The notes beneath the pieces were generated by a model. That model was not told where the DNA came from, did no database searches, and was given only the letters and a program-made list of their open reading frames with translations. DNA of 64,000 bases from Phoronis australis (lineage: Eukaryota; Animalia; Phoronida): positions 417,861 to 481,860 of the forward strand of contig NMRA01000023.1 of the NCBI GenBank assembly GCA_002633005.1. Reading direction: 5' to 3'. The first letter of the stretch is position 1; each line of letters begins with the position of its first letter. A program made the position numbers and the translations under genes. Shown piece by piece: positions 15,101-28,897 of the stretch.

Positions 15101-17734
15101 GTTATTCAATGGAGAATCTGGTCATTCATATGTGTACTGGTAGGCAAGTCACTACGGCATTTTATTACAGGTTGCAGAAAACACTGCAGTATGAAATTAA
15201 ATATTACTGCTTTCACAAGGAATGATGTAATTAAAAATGGGAAGTGTTCACCAATTCGCAGCATTTCAAAAGCATTTTGTAGGAAGAGCTGTCTGAATAG
15301 ATGAGGATAGAGCTACCACAATTTCATTCCGTTTCTTATCTTGAGGATTGTCTAAAGATAATATAATGGAATTAGGTCATGGCAATGAAATTATATATCT
15401 TTGGTAGAATGATGTTGCACTTTTATCTTGTAGTCCTTGCTCTACTGAGAAGGTGTCCATACGTTCTAAGATGGGAATTTTTGGGGCAAGAGGAAATCCC
15501 CCTCACTACCAATTCCATCCTGTGCTCACCACTCCTCATTTTGTCTACGCTTCAAGTCATCAAAACTGATGTTCCCAATCACTTAAGAAGCTGAGGGGAT
15601 TTTTAAATCATTGGACTGGAAATTTTTGGACTTAATGATGGAAATCTTGCGTGTTTTTTCAACATTATTCGTAGGATAATGTACATAGTACAAACAATCT
15701 AAACAGCGCTACTGGCTAAAATTTACTTAATCGTCATCTTTGTTGAGAATTTTACAAAATGAAATTTCACTTGTCCACCATGAAGTGTGCTAAATAGGTG
15801 AAGAATCGTTGCCTACATGTATGTGCCAGGCCGAGTTGTCACCCTGTGTAAATACTTGGGTTTACATACATCATTGAGGGGGCGGATTGTTTTTCAGCTG
15901 GTCTCGGAACACAATTCATATGGCTGGGAAAATACAGCTGAACTAGTGCTAAACCATTTCCATAGTAGGTTAGTTTTTACTCCAGGCGAGACTTGTACTC
16001 GTCCATTAAAATCACACAGTGAGACAGTCTGACCTTTTATTGGTTCACTGCTAATGTAGCCTTAGGGAAACTACAATTTGTGCCCATTCAGTGTTCCATT
16101 TTGGGGATTACACAAATATTTTTATCACAGAGACATTGATTAAGGGGAAAACTTGTTATTGAAATCCATCTGCCATTTGCTCACTAATGGTTTTCGTTTT
16201 TTGTACCCAGTCAACACTATTAGCAGATAAGATGGCATATTCACCATTGAATGCCTGTATGTTTGGTAAAAGATTGACAGGCATGAGCAAATAGTGGATA
16301 TCGTTAGTGGGGTGGATCAAGCCTCATTTTCTTGCGCAAATCAGCGACAGTTCTGCAGGCTGATTGCCTTGGTATAATAACTGTTGACTACTTCCTGGAC
16401 CAAAAAACGATTTATATCCTGATGTCAGTTGTAGATTGGACCAATGGATTCAAATTACTGCCAGTCATGTTTGGCTGCAAATTCCGCATACCAATGATAA
16501 AGTTCCCTATTTAAGACATTATCTTCAGTTAGTAATGTATGAAAGTTTTCTGAAAAAGATGAACTTGGATGTTACTTTGAAGGAATTTTTTGAAAGGTTG
16601 TATCCAATCCTGGACACCTATCTTTCTGAATGATTAAGTGTACTCACTTATATGTGTGTTCAAAATTCTGAATTTGACCCACACTTAGAAGCATATCATG
16701 ATGTTGGTTGATACCTTGGTGGTGGGTGACTGATACATGTTGGAAGTACAACGTAATAGGCACGACAAAATTGTAGGAGTTAAATTATGTTGAATTTTTT
16801 GCCTAAGTAAATAAAATCATTTAATTTCGTTTCATTAAGCTTGCTTCATTTTGATTATGTAGGGCTTTCTTTGTTTTCTGTCACCTCCGAAATAGTCAAC
16901 AGACAACGTGTGTGTGACTTAATAAGTTTGAATTGCCAGTACATGTCCCCAGTGAAAATGATTTGTGCACTGTTTCGTTGACAACTGCTACCCTGGACAC
17001 GATTTTGGAATGGAAACAAGTGTACTCTGCCCTTGATTGGTGAGCTCTTACTCAAGCTAGGCACACCTTCTATTGAACAGACTGTTGAGGACTGTACACG
17101 ATGATGTCCATCAGTAGACTTGTAACTGACTTCCCCAGGGGTCAACTGGGCACTGGTCAAGAGGTCAATGACAGCAGCAGTGTGGGCTTATGAAAACAGC
17201 TTGTTATCTGCATTTAGGGCTGGTGCAGCCCTCACATCTGTAGCAGCAATTAAGCGCCCATTAAATAATAGAGGCCTGGAGTTAATGGAATCGGGAATGT
17301 GATAGGGAAATGAATGTAGCTATGATTGCAGTAACAATGTGCCATCATTGCTTATAACTGTGTGACTTCCTTTCTAATGGGAATCGCCCTTGTAGTTTCC
17401 TCTCGCCGTACTCTTGTAAATACTTTATTTTTTTGTTAGGCATCAATAAATTTTACATGCATTCTTTTCAAGTGTTATGTTGCAAAAATATTTCATTTTT
17501 GGCTTTATTTATGGATTGTTTTATTTTAGAATATTTTTTTTAAACTAGGGTAACCTGTTCCATTACAATACTGCTGTCTAGGGGGATCTCATTCTTGAAA
17601 ATACTTCTTAGAAAAGATTACAGATGAAAATTGTAGAACATGTAATATGAGTAAGTCGTGGTAAGGGAGACTTTTAATCTATACCTCTCAATATTTTTGT
17701 GTTTTTGCGGTCCCAGTTCAGCATTTCCCGATAG

Positions 17735-17986
<252 letters not shown>

Positions 17987-19587
17987 TAATGGTTAAATCA
18001 TTGAGTTTCTGATTGGGCCAGGTTCAAGCTTGTGGTGTTCTTGATAAAAATGTGATCCCCATCCTTTTCGAAATTCGCGTGTTCAGTTGTAGTTCTTGGA
18101 AAAGTTTCATTTGATCCTGTCTAGCTGTTCTATGAATAGTCGCATCACTGGCATTGATAATTTTAGCTCTGGCTTGTTCATGGTGTGGAAACAATTCCAT
18201 GGGCAAGCCTCTAAATGCCACCTGCAGTCCCCTAAATCTCATCCCGTTCTAGCACACACCAACATGGCAGTACGGTTGTAGTACAGTGCAGTAGAGCGTA
18301 CAGTGCAGTACAGTATAAATCTCCAAACTGTTGTCCGTACCGAGTACCAAACTCTGGGTGGAATCTTGTCCCTAGCACTGGAATTTAATCACTGGGTATG
18401 GAGCATTTTCTGTGCGCGTGTGTGGAATTAGTGGTAAGGGTCTGGGAATTTGTACTGCAGGTTTGGTAGATAGACTGCGGTTTAGGGAATCGTAGGTAGT
18501 ATTTAGAGGCTTGGTCATGGAAATGTTTTCACTCCCTTGTAGCTTAACAATTTTCTGCTTTTCTACTATCCTGATTAAATATTATGTATTCTGCTCCCCA
18601 GAGCCAGTCCAGTCCAATGTAGCCACTGTTTCTCAAACAGCTGTTTGAAATTGACTTCTCTGTACTTTCTACTGTCTGTACTCTATGATCACAATTACTG
18701 GCTATGAAGAATATGACCCCAGCCGACTTGTGCTCATTCTGTCAATCATGAGCTTAAGTAGAACTATAACCTTGATAGGGTCAAATGACAGTTTGTCAAG
18801 ACTGGTGTATTGTTAGAGATTTGATTTCCATTGAGCTTGTTCTGGTTGAATTTCATTAGTACTGTATCTTTGATAAAATATGATTTATTTGTAAGTAAAT
18901 GTTCCATTTCTGTTTTAACCTGGAAAATCCTTGCAGCTGTCGTGTGTTGAAGGACGAATATATTAATGCATCTGTGACTTTGATCACTTGCATACAAATT
19001 TATTCCAGTTGAGGGGTTTCAAGACAGTTTGCCAAAAAGTCATTAAGCAGTCGTTCCTAACTTATAGAACATTTAAATACGGTTTTCTATTTCTAATTGC
19101 AGGTTATTTAATTTGCAAAATGTTGAGATTTTGTTACTTTAGGGTTATATTATTGTGCGCGACATCAGCTTTCACAATGACATCATATTTAACAATAGGC
19201 AAGTAGAAGTGACTTCAGATGGCAATTTTGAATTTATCAAAAATGAAAGTTATTGATTGTTCGCATTGCTACCGTAAATGTATTTCGCAATTCCAATGGC
19301 GTAACATAGCCACCATCTGGTGCTATGTGGCAAGGTAACTGAAATTGTCGAATTAACACCCTTTCGAGAAGGTCAAATTGTACATTCTAGTATGGCGCTG
19401 TTAGGGCTAAAATAGCAACGAAATTAATCCGTTTTCAAACAGATTTCAGTCATCAACTTTGTACGGCTTCTAGTAACCCAAGTAAATTTTCAAATTTTTG
19501 CACAGGTGATGTCTATTGAGGCAGCTCTAACGGAAACACTAATTTTGTGCCACATTTTTTGGAGATTTTGGAAAAAATCAACGGTAG

Positions 19588-19869
<282 letters not shown>

Positions 19870-21497
19870 TAGAATCATATAATGCATTTTCCTTTGTTTG
19901 AAACTATTATTAAAATCTCTTGGTCTATTTACACCGATCTCTTGTCTATTTATACTGTGACGACGTTTCGGTCGGTCTATTCTCCGGCCATCGTCAGGTG
20001 TTCCTGTTTTCTTAGAGGAACGAGCACGGATATATGGTACACACGTTTTAAAACCAGAGATAATAGTGTGGTTATTGTTATAAAATCAAAATTACGAGGC
20101 ATTTTGAACTATGTGACCCTTTGCTTTTGGGTGTGACAGTGTTGAATATTGGTCAGATTAATATAGTTACTTTATGTAGAAATTGAATTCTGTCATGGGA
20201 TGTAAACTGGGGGACACAAGAAACACGTTTTGCATTTCATAGAACTCTGTGCAAAATATAAAAAAAGTAAAAAAGAGATTGGTCAATTGATGAGTTATGG
20301 CTGCTAAATGAGGTCAGTGTGCTAACTGTGAAATTACCTGTTCACCCAAATGAGCAAATTGTTGGGTATGCTTGTTCAATTACTGGCATGAGTGTTGACC
20401 TTCTGTCTAGGCTCACTTTATCTAGAAACTCTCTTGTGGCCTTTACAAATTGACCTGTACTCACTGCCGGCAAATACCACTAGGTGGCGTTTTTTCTGGG
20501 TAATTAGGATTGTATTACAATAGTTGTGTCTGGAATCAAGAGCCCAGGTAAAATGTCTGGCTGGATTTGAAGTCATGCCCTAAAGCGTGGCGAGTAATCT
20601 ATAGACTAGGGCACATTGTATAAAATTCCTCGCTCTTCGTTCCAGCAATGGTTTTCACGAGTATCTCTTGCTTCAATCTCTTTTACGCAGCCTAGTTGAA
20701 TTGTGTCGTGATTAATATTCAGTCTGCTTTCCTGGAGGGAAAATGCTGCTTGTTACATTTTAATCTAACTGATACCTGACTGTCACTTTTGAATGAAAAA
20801 AACCCGACTTTCGACCACTTCCAAAACTGAGTTTGGTGTCCAGAGCTTACAGCATATGCACGCCTTAAGGCCCTTGCACCTGTATACGTGAGGCTGATGT
20901 AGATCCACATTAAGCTCTTGTGCCCATGTTTAACTGTTGAGTAAAACTAGGGGACAAATTTACAGCTTCAGTTGACGTTGCACTGTTTGTTTCAGTAATT
21001 GTTAGTATTATTTGAACTGTTTAAGTAAATGACAGAAAAGTACAAAGAGTGAGTAAACTATTTTACAACACAAACAATATTTCTGTCATATAAGATACAA
21101 CACCTGGAAAAGTTTCCTATTTTTTTGTCACGGGTCATTGCAAGCCCTGTTTCAATTCAAAACCAATCAAAAATGGTAGGAAAACACACTTTAGAATAGT
21201 CCCCGATACAGGCTGCATTCCTATGTACTTCAAACTGATGGGATTAATTCCACAAGTGGGCGTGTCCCCAAGGATTCTTACTGAGTGCCCGAATACCAGT
21301 ATTTTTGTCGGTCCTACTGGCAGACATTTTCATTATACTATTCTTGATTGAGTAAATAAACTGTGCTAACTTGTGAACAAAATTTCCTGTTATTAGTTCA
21401 GGTAAATATGGTGGAGTACCCGATACTTAAATGGGAAAAATTACGGGATTATTTCTCCTAAATTTCACATGAGGAGGGCGTAAGTGTGTACATATAA

Positions 21498-21863
<366 letters not shown>

Positions 21864-23957
21864 TAGTTACAGATGGTATAAGGGTTTCTTGTCCATCTGA
21901 TTATTTATCACGGTTTTGACTTTCTAAACAGTATTTTATACATTGAAACATAAGCTCAGAGATCTTTATATCGGGTTGTTTTGCAAAGTGCCTACAGTTC
22001 ACATATAGTAAGTTTTAAAAATCATTGATTTCTGCTAGGTTGTAAGCCAACTGTAGAATATCCTCGGGTTACTTAAACCTACGGATTAGTTGGGTTGACG
22101 TTGTTAATCCCTGATTTTAACCTTTGTTTGGCTTACAATCTACCCATTGTTTTCAATGATAAGGTGGCTTACATGTCTGTTACAATAATTTTTATTGTGC
22201 TATGGATGATTATCAGGGAAGCTTCACCTAACATTTTGGCCCCCGAAAATGTCACTTTGTTTTGATGTGAAATTGCATAGAAGTTATCTCAGAAATGGCT
22301 GATCAGATTTATGACACTTTCAGATACCATGCCTTGGGCAATGTGCTCCAAAACGCTGTTTGGAAAAACTGATGCACTTTTGCACGAGGTGCTATCAAAA
22401 AAATGGCTTGGGATTTTTACGCAAAAATATGAACAGTTGTATGAAACAAAAAGAAACAATATCTTAACTGTAGTTGCGCTTTTGTGATTTCATCTTGAAT
22501 TTTGATATCAAAGAAATTTTGGTCAAAAATTGACACCGTTGTTTTTCTATGATTATACCTTTCTTTTTGCTAAATTTTACTAAAAAAAGAACATGGTCCC
22601 GTGACCCAATCTTTGGCAGATTGTTATAAAGGGAAAAATTAAAGTCTACCCGTGTTGTGCTTTTGGAAAATATTTGCTTTTCTTGAATTGAATTCGATAG
22701 TTTGGTAGATGTTTGTCTGAGTGCGCAAACATGTCGATAAGTGCTACATAACCCTAAATTCCATTGCTGTTTATTGTGACATACTGGACATGATCTTTAC
22801 ACATATTAATGCTGTGATGATCTTTTGTCTTGCTGTCGGGTCACAGCCCTCAGACAGTAAGGTACCACTGTGAATAAATATTTTGCTGATAGAGGCTGCC
22901 TAGTCTTTAGGGCAGCCGACCCTGAGCTGCAGCAATCTCCCTGGACAGGTTCACCAAGACACAATGAGTTTATATCAATAGCCCCATGACGTTCAATGGA
23001 TAAGGAAACTGACTATCTGGGATTTGCTGTCTGATAACCTCATTAGATAACATGTGATTTTTACCAGTTGACTCATTCTAGGCGGGTTTTGTATTCTCAG
23101 AAGACTTAAGTATTTACTGGCGATAATGACCGACTGTGTTCTATGGTCATAGAATACGGCTCACTGGAGTTAGCTGTTATTAGTAGTACTATATTAGATG
23201 TAAAATAGCTAACAGGCTTATTTTAATCTGAAAAGCATATTTTTGTGTCTCTTGTGATACTTTGGAAGCTTTTTACAGATTTAAAACACTTTTAAAATGA
23301 AATTCTGACCCTCTTTCAGATAAAACAGTAAGTGTTTTACAAAAACGTTCTATTAAGCTTGTGAAATGAATTTACACAGTACTGCAAAATATACAAACAG
23401 GGCAGGTTATTTTAGACATCGTAAGATAACTTAAAATTCAATGAACATGTAAATGAAATGTTGTTATGATATCATTGGAGTTTTTATTTCATATGTTGTT
23501 ATATTTCTAACTTTTCTCTGTCTCATTATATCTGTATGCGTCTCTTACGATTGTCATGGTTGTCAAAAGGCTTGTTGTGGTAATCATTTTATGTTACGGA
23601 CTGCTAACCTTTAAAGCCCACCATGAACCTGTAACACTTAAATTTAGTTCTTACATGTTGAAAGGATTACTCTGACCACACTGTAGTCATGCATTGCTGA
23701 ACTGAATGTAATAAGTGGTTAGCTTGCCCAAGTTTCGTCTGCTTCGCCCTCAGAAATCCTCAGGTAATTTGAACATCCATATACACTGGTGTTCTGTTCA
23801 ATATAATCTGGTACGTAAGGCACTTTTTTTTTGTTCGCGGTGACACATTTTTTTTTTGTTCGCGGTGACACATGTTTAGTACACATTTCATTTGACAAGT
23901 CTGCATCAAATCATGTTTTCTTGCGTTAATCAAGTATTGCTAGTACCCCCTGGATAA

Positions 23958-24950
<993 letters not shown>

Positions 24951-25482
24951 TGATAAAAGTTTGAGAACTTGAAGTGATGAGTAGATATAATCGATGAATT
25001 CCATTTTGTATACATTGTCGTGGTGCACAACTGGTAGTGCTAACTCCTAAGGCTCCTAAGTGCATGGTAGACAATAGATGGCACTGTATGTATCTAGTTG
25101 ACAGCAAGTCCAGGTGGTTTTTGGGTTGCAGGAGTGTCGTGTGGCTTTATCAAACTTGATGTTGTACTTAAGCTTTTGTCCCAAGGCAGTTTTTGTTGGC
25201 CATTGGGTGGACTGTATTATGATATGGGCTTCAACAACCTTGTTTCTGGATTTGAAGGATGTCATTGCTGTAGCACTTAGTTTTGATGGGATTTTGATCA
25301 TTTGGCTTTTACCTCTACATTAGCAGTAGCTCAAACCCTTCCGAAATTTTGAACTGAGTTGGCATTGTGTGTTGTCTTTGTTAGGTCATTATTGACTAAA
25401 TTGTGGGCTTAAGTGTTGCAAAGCTACAGTTCACAGGTTTTCAGTCTTGTCTCTGACTCACGATCTCCGGTATTTAGCATTT

Positions 25483-26131
25483 TCTTTTTTCTCACCAAAG
25501 TTGTACAATTACTTATCCAGAAAAGTAATGCCCATGTTACCTGTCACAAAAAAATGAAGCCAAATCATTACTTAGGTGGACAGTTAGGATAGAAGCGCCT
25601 TTTCTGTGTGTCAGACTTAACACCAGATGGAGGTGTGCATTTTTTGTTTAAGCTGTTGAAATAATGACAAAACTTACTTATATAATTTTGTTTACCCAAT
25701 AAAAAGTAATTTGTTCATTTTTTAATCTTACAACTTTTTATATCGAACTAAAGCTAAGAGAACGTGTTTTCAACCCTGAAGAGCGGGAGTGTAGACTCAT
25801 TAGANCTTGTCTTTTTTCTCACCAAAGTTGTATAATTACTTATCCAGAAAAGTAATGCCCATGTTACCTGTCACAAAAAAATGAAGCCAAATCATTACTT
25901 AGGTGGACAGTTAGGATAGAAGCGCCTTTTCTGTGTGTCAGACTTAACACCAGATGGAGGTGTGCATTTTTTGTTTAAGCTGTTGAAATAATGACAAAAC
26001 TTACTTATACAATTTCGTTTACCCAATAAAAAGTAATTTGTTCATTTTTTAATCTTACAACTTTTTATATCGAACTAAAGCTAAGAGAACGTGTTTTCAA
26101 CCCTGAAGAGCGGGAGTGTAGACTCATTAGA
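25483..26131 (+). repeat. About 320-bp near-identical tandem duplication joined by a single N (25805); likely assembly artefact
   Basis: 25483-25804 vs 25811-26131 differ by only a few SNPs. Confidence 0.85.
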
Positions 26132-26376
26132 ATAACGTTCAAAGTTAGCCTGACCAGTTGATAAACCCGACTGCTCTGAAACTGATTCTAGTTGACTGAA
26201 ACTAATTTCATCATCAGGAAGAGATAAGTTTCCAAAATTTGCGTAAGCTTGGCTGAAATATGTTTATTAGAGTGCACCTATAACAACTGTGACTTGCCCG
26301 AAAGCTGAAACGACTTTATTTGTTGATAAAACGTCACTTGTGTCATGCTATTGTAATGAGTGTTGGATGGGCATGG

Positions 26377-26459
26377 CACAGAAGTGACCAATCAGAGACC
26401 CCTAGTTTACAAGGTCACAGAAGTGACCAATCAGAGACCCCTAGTTTACAAGGTCACAG
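26377..26459 (+). repeat. 39-bp perfect tandem duplication
   Basis: cacagaagtgaccaatcagagacccctagtttacaaggt x2. Confidence 0.9.
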
Positions 26460-27026
26460 TTCACATAGCTTATACCAAGGGAGAGTAAAACATGTCATAT
26501 TCAATGTGTCCCAGGGCCACTGGTTTTTTGATCTTCAGGGACCGAATGGGTGTCGTTTTGTAGGTTAAGACTTCAACACTATGCTACAGTGTTTAGGTTG
26601 CTGACAACTTGAACTATTTGTTTTTAATTCACTTTCTTAAAAACACAAAAATATTTTTCTCTTCCTTGCTATGTCTTGCTGCTGTGTTGGTTTCATATGG
26701 TGACTTGTTGATGTCGTTTGATAACGCTCCATGATTTGTCTCGTCACACACACACATACACCTAATGCACTGACCATTTGTTTTGTAGAGTTTTCGCTCC
26801 ACGATAAATTTTGCTAGTCTGTAGAGATTGCATTGTGTACTCATTAGAATGTGAATGTGCTGTATAGCTGAATACTATTTCCAACTGTATTATATATAGC
26901 CTGAACTTCCACCAACAGTTAAGAAATGGATTAATTGTTCTTAATTCTGGACAAGACTAATCTTACAGTGTTATCTGCTAAAACTGAACGTATACTGTAA
27001 AGCATCGTTTTCTTCAAAACACCTAA

Positions 27027-27443
<417 letters not shown>

Positions 27444-27582
27444 TAATTAATTTGAGGGATTTTTAGTCGTTTTTTCAGCTAAACTCTATATATCCATCAA
27501 TGATGTATGCACCAGAAGAGGCTATTTCTTTCCAAAATGCAATGTACTCCAGTCACATTACTTGCGTGCTTATGCGTACTCA

Positions 27583-27621
27583 TGTATTGTATTGTATTGT
27601 ATTGTATTGTATTGTATTGTA
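27583..27621. repeat. (TGTAT)n microsatellite
   Basis: Direct reading. Confidence 0.9.
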
Positions 27622-28256
27622 CATATGTTGTATATGAACTGTGGCCTGATGGCCTCAAGTGCAAAATAAATATCATAGACATTTATGTTTCAAAACGTAG
27701 TAGATGTCCCGTTTTGCGACGAAACTTCAAATGGAAGTAATGATATTGCTGTCAAACATACTGTATTTCTACGAATTTCCTTACCAGTATAGCTAGAAAC
27801 ACAAACATTCCACACTTCTTTGACCTATTTTCGAAAGAGAAATAAATGTATTCAAAATTAAAAACTTGAAGTGGCAATGTGGCCAGCTGGGATAAACATC
27901 TGGGTCCTTTACTCAAGGTTGTGGGTTGGAGTCTTCCTGAGGCCCACTGCTAGACCCATGAGTCGGGTCTCTAGCTCCAGAGGTTGGTTGTATTAATGAA
28001 GCATAAAAATGGTGATCAGTGCAATGGACCCACTTGAGCAGCTAGTGCACGTCTGGTACGTGTACCAGACCACCTGCAATTATTTTTTTAAAAAACTGCG
28101 AAAGCTAGTGTACAACCAGAATGGGGAAAACAAACTCATTCGTAGACAATTCATCTATTTTATCCCTGAATAGTCGGTCACATATTGAAAAAATTGTCTA
28201 TTGTCTTTGTATATTTACTTGTTTACAGAACTGTCATTCTTACCCTGTCATTCCAG

Positions 28257-28897
28257 CATTAGCCGCCAGTCAAAGCAGCAGTGGGCGAGCGCGATCAGAT
28301 CCCACCCACCAGCATGCCCATCATCACTCAACAACGAGCCATCAACAGTACAACAACCCTAGTAACTTGTCAGCCATGGACTGTGAGTCACCGGGCAGTC
28401 AACAGACACGGCTGCAGGGACCACCTGTGCTGTACTCGCAACAGGCCTGGGCAAGTGGTGACCCACACGGTCGGCACAGTCATGGCAGTAGTACACGGCA
28501 CCATCACAGTAGACACCATGGGGGAGGCTCTAGCAGTCATTCTGCTCAACCTGACTCCGCCTCGTCAGTTCGTTCCTCCCAATCATCCTCTGGTGCCTCA
28601 ACAATGACTTTGGAAGGTGGGAGTGGCTACAATTCACTGCCTGTCAATCATGGTGTGGACGCCACTCAGACAGGCTCGTTGAACATGCAGTTGCCAGGCT
28701 ACGGTCAATCATTTGCTCAATACAGTGCATCATCACAGACATTTATCCCAGCTAGTGGGACGTACCCGTTTGCGCTGCCCGCCACCAGCCAGGGATTGAT
28801 TACGTCAGAACCCCCAAGGACTTCAGCGCCTGATAGGCCAGACGACTCGCCCATGGTCGGGGTCTGTGTACAACAGAGTCCGGTAGCAAGTCATTAA
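28257..28897 (+). CDS. DYRK1A: DYRK1A last coding exon: His/Ser-rich tail
   Basis: The phase-1 acceptor ttccag (ends 28256) keeps the frame. Encodes GRARSDPTHQH and the C-terminus SPMVGVCVQQSPVASH*, closely resembling the vertebrate DYRK1A C-terminus. Confidence 0.92.

Noticed and set aside
27870-27950. tRNA-like A/B boxes here and at about 41180-41250
   Set aside because: Too degenerate for a cloverleaf; at most old SINE heads, so not called as features.
28222-28229. Alternative acceptor tttacag for the last DYRK1A exon
   Set aside because: It is phase 0 relative to the conserved frame, but the upstream exon ends in phase 1. Only the acceptor ending at 28256 keeps the frame.
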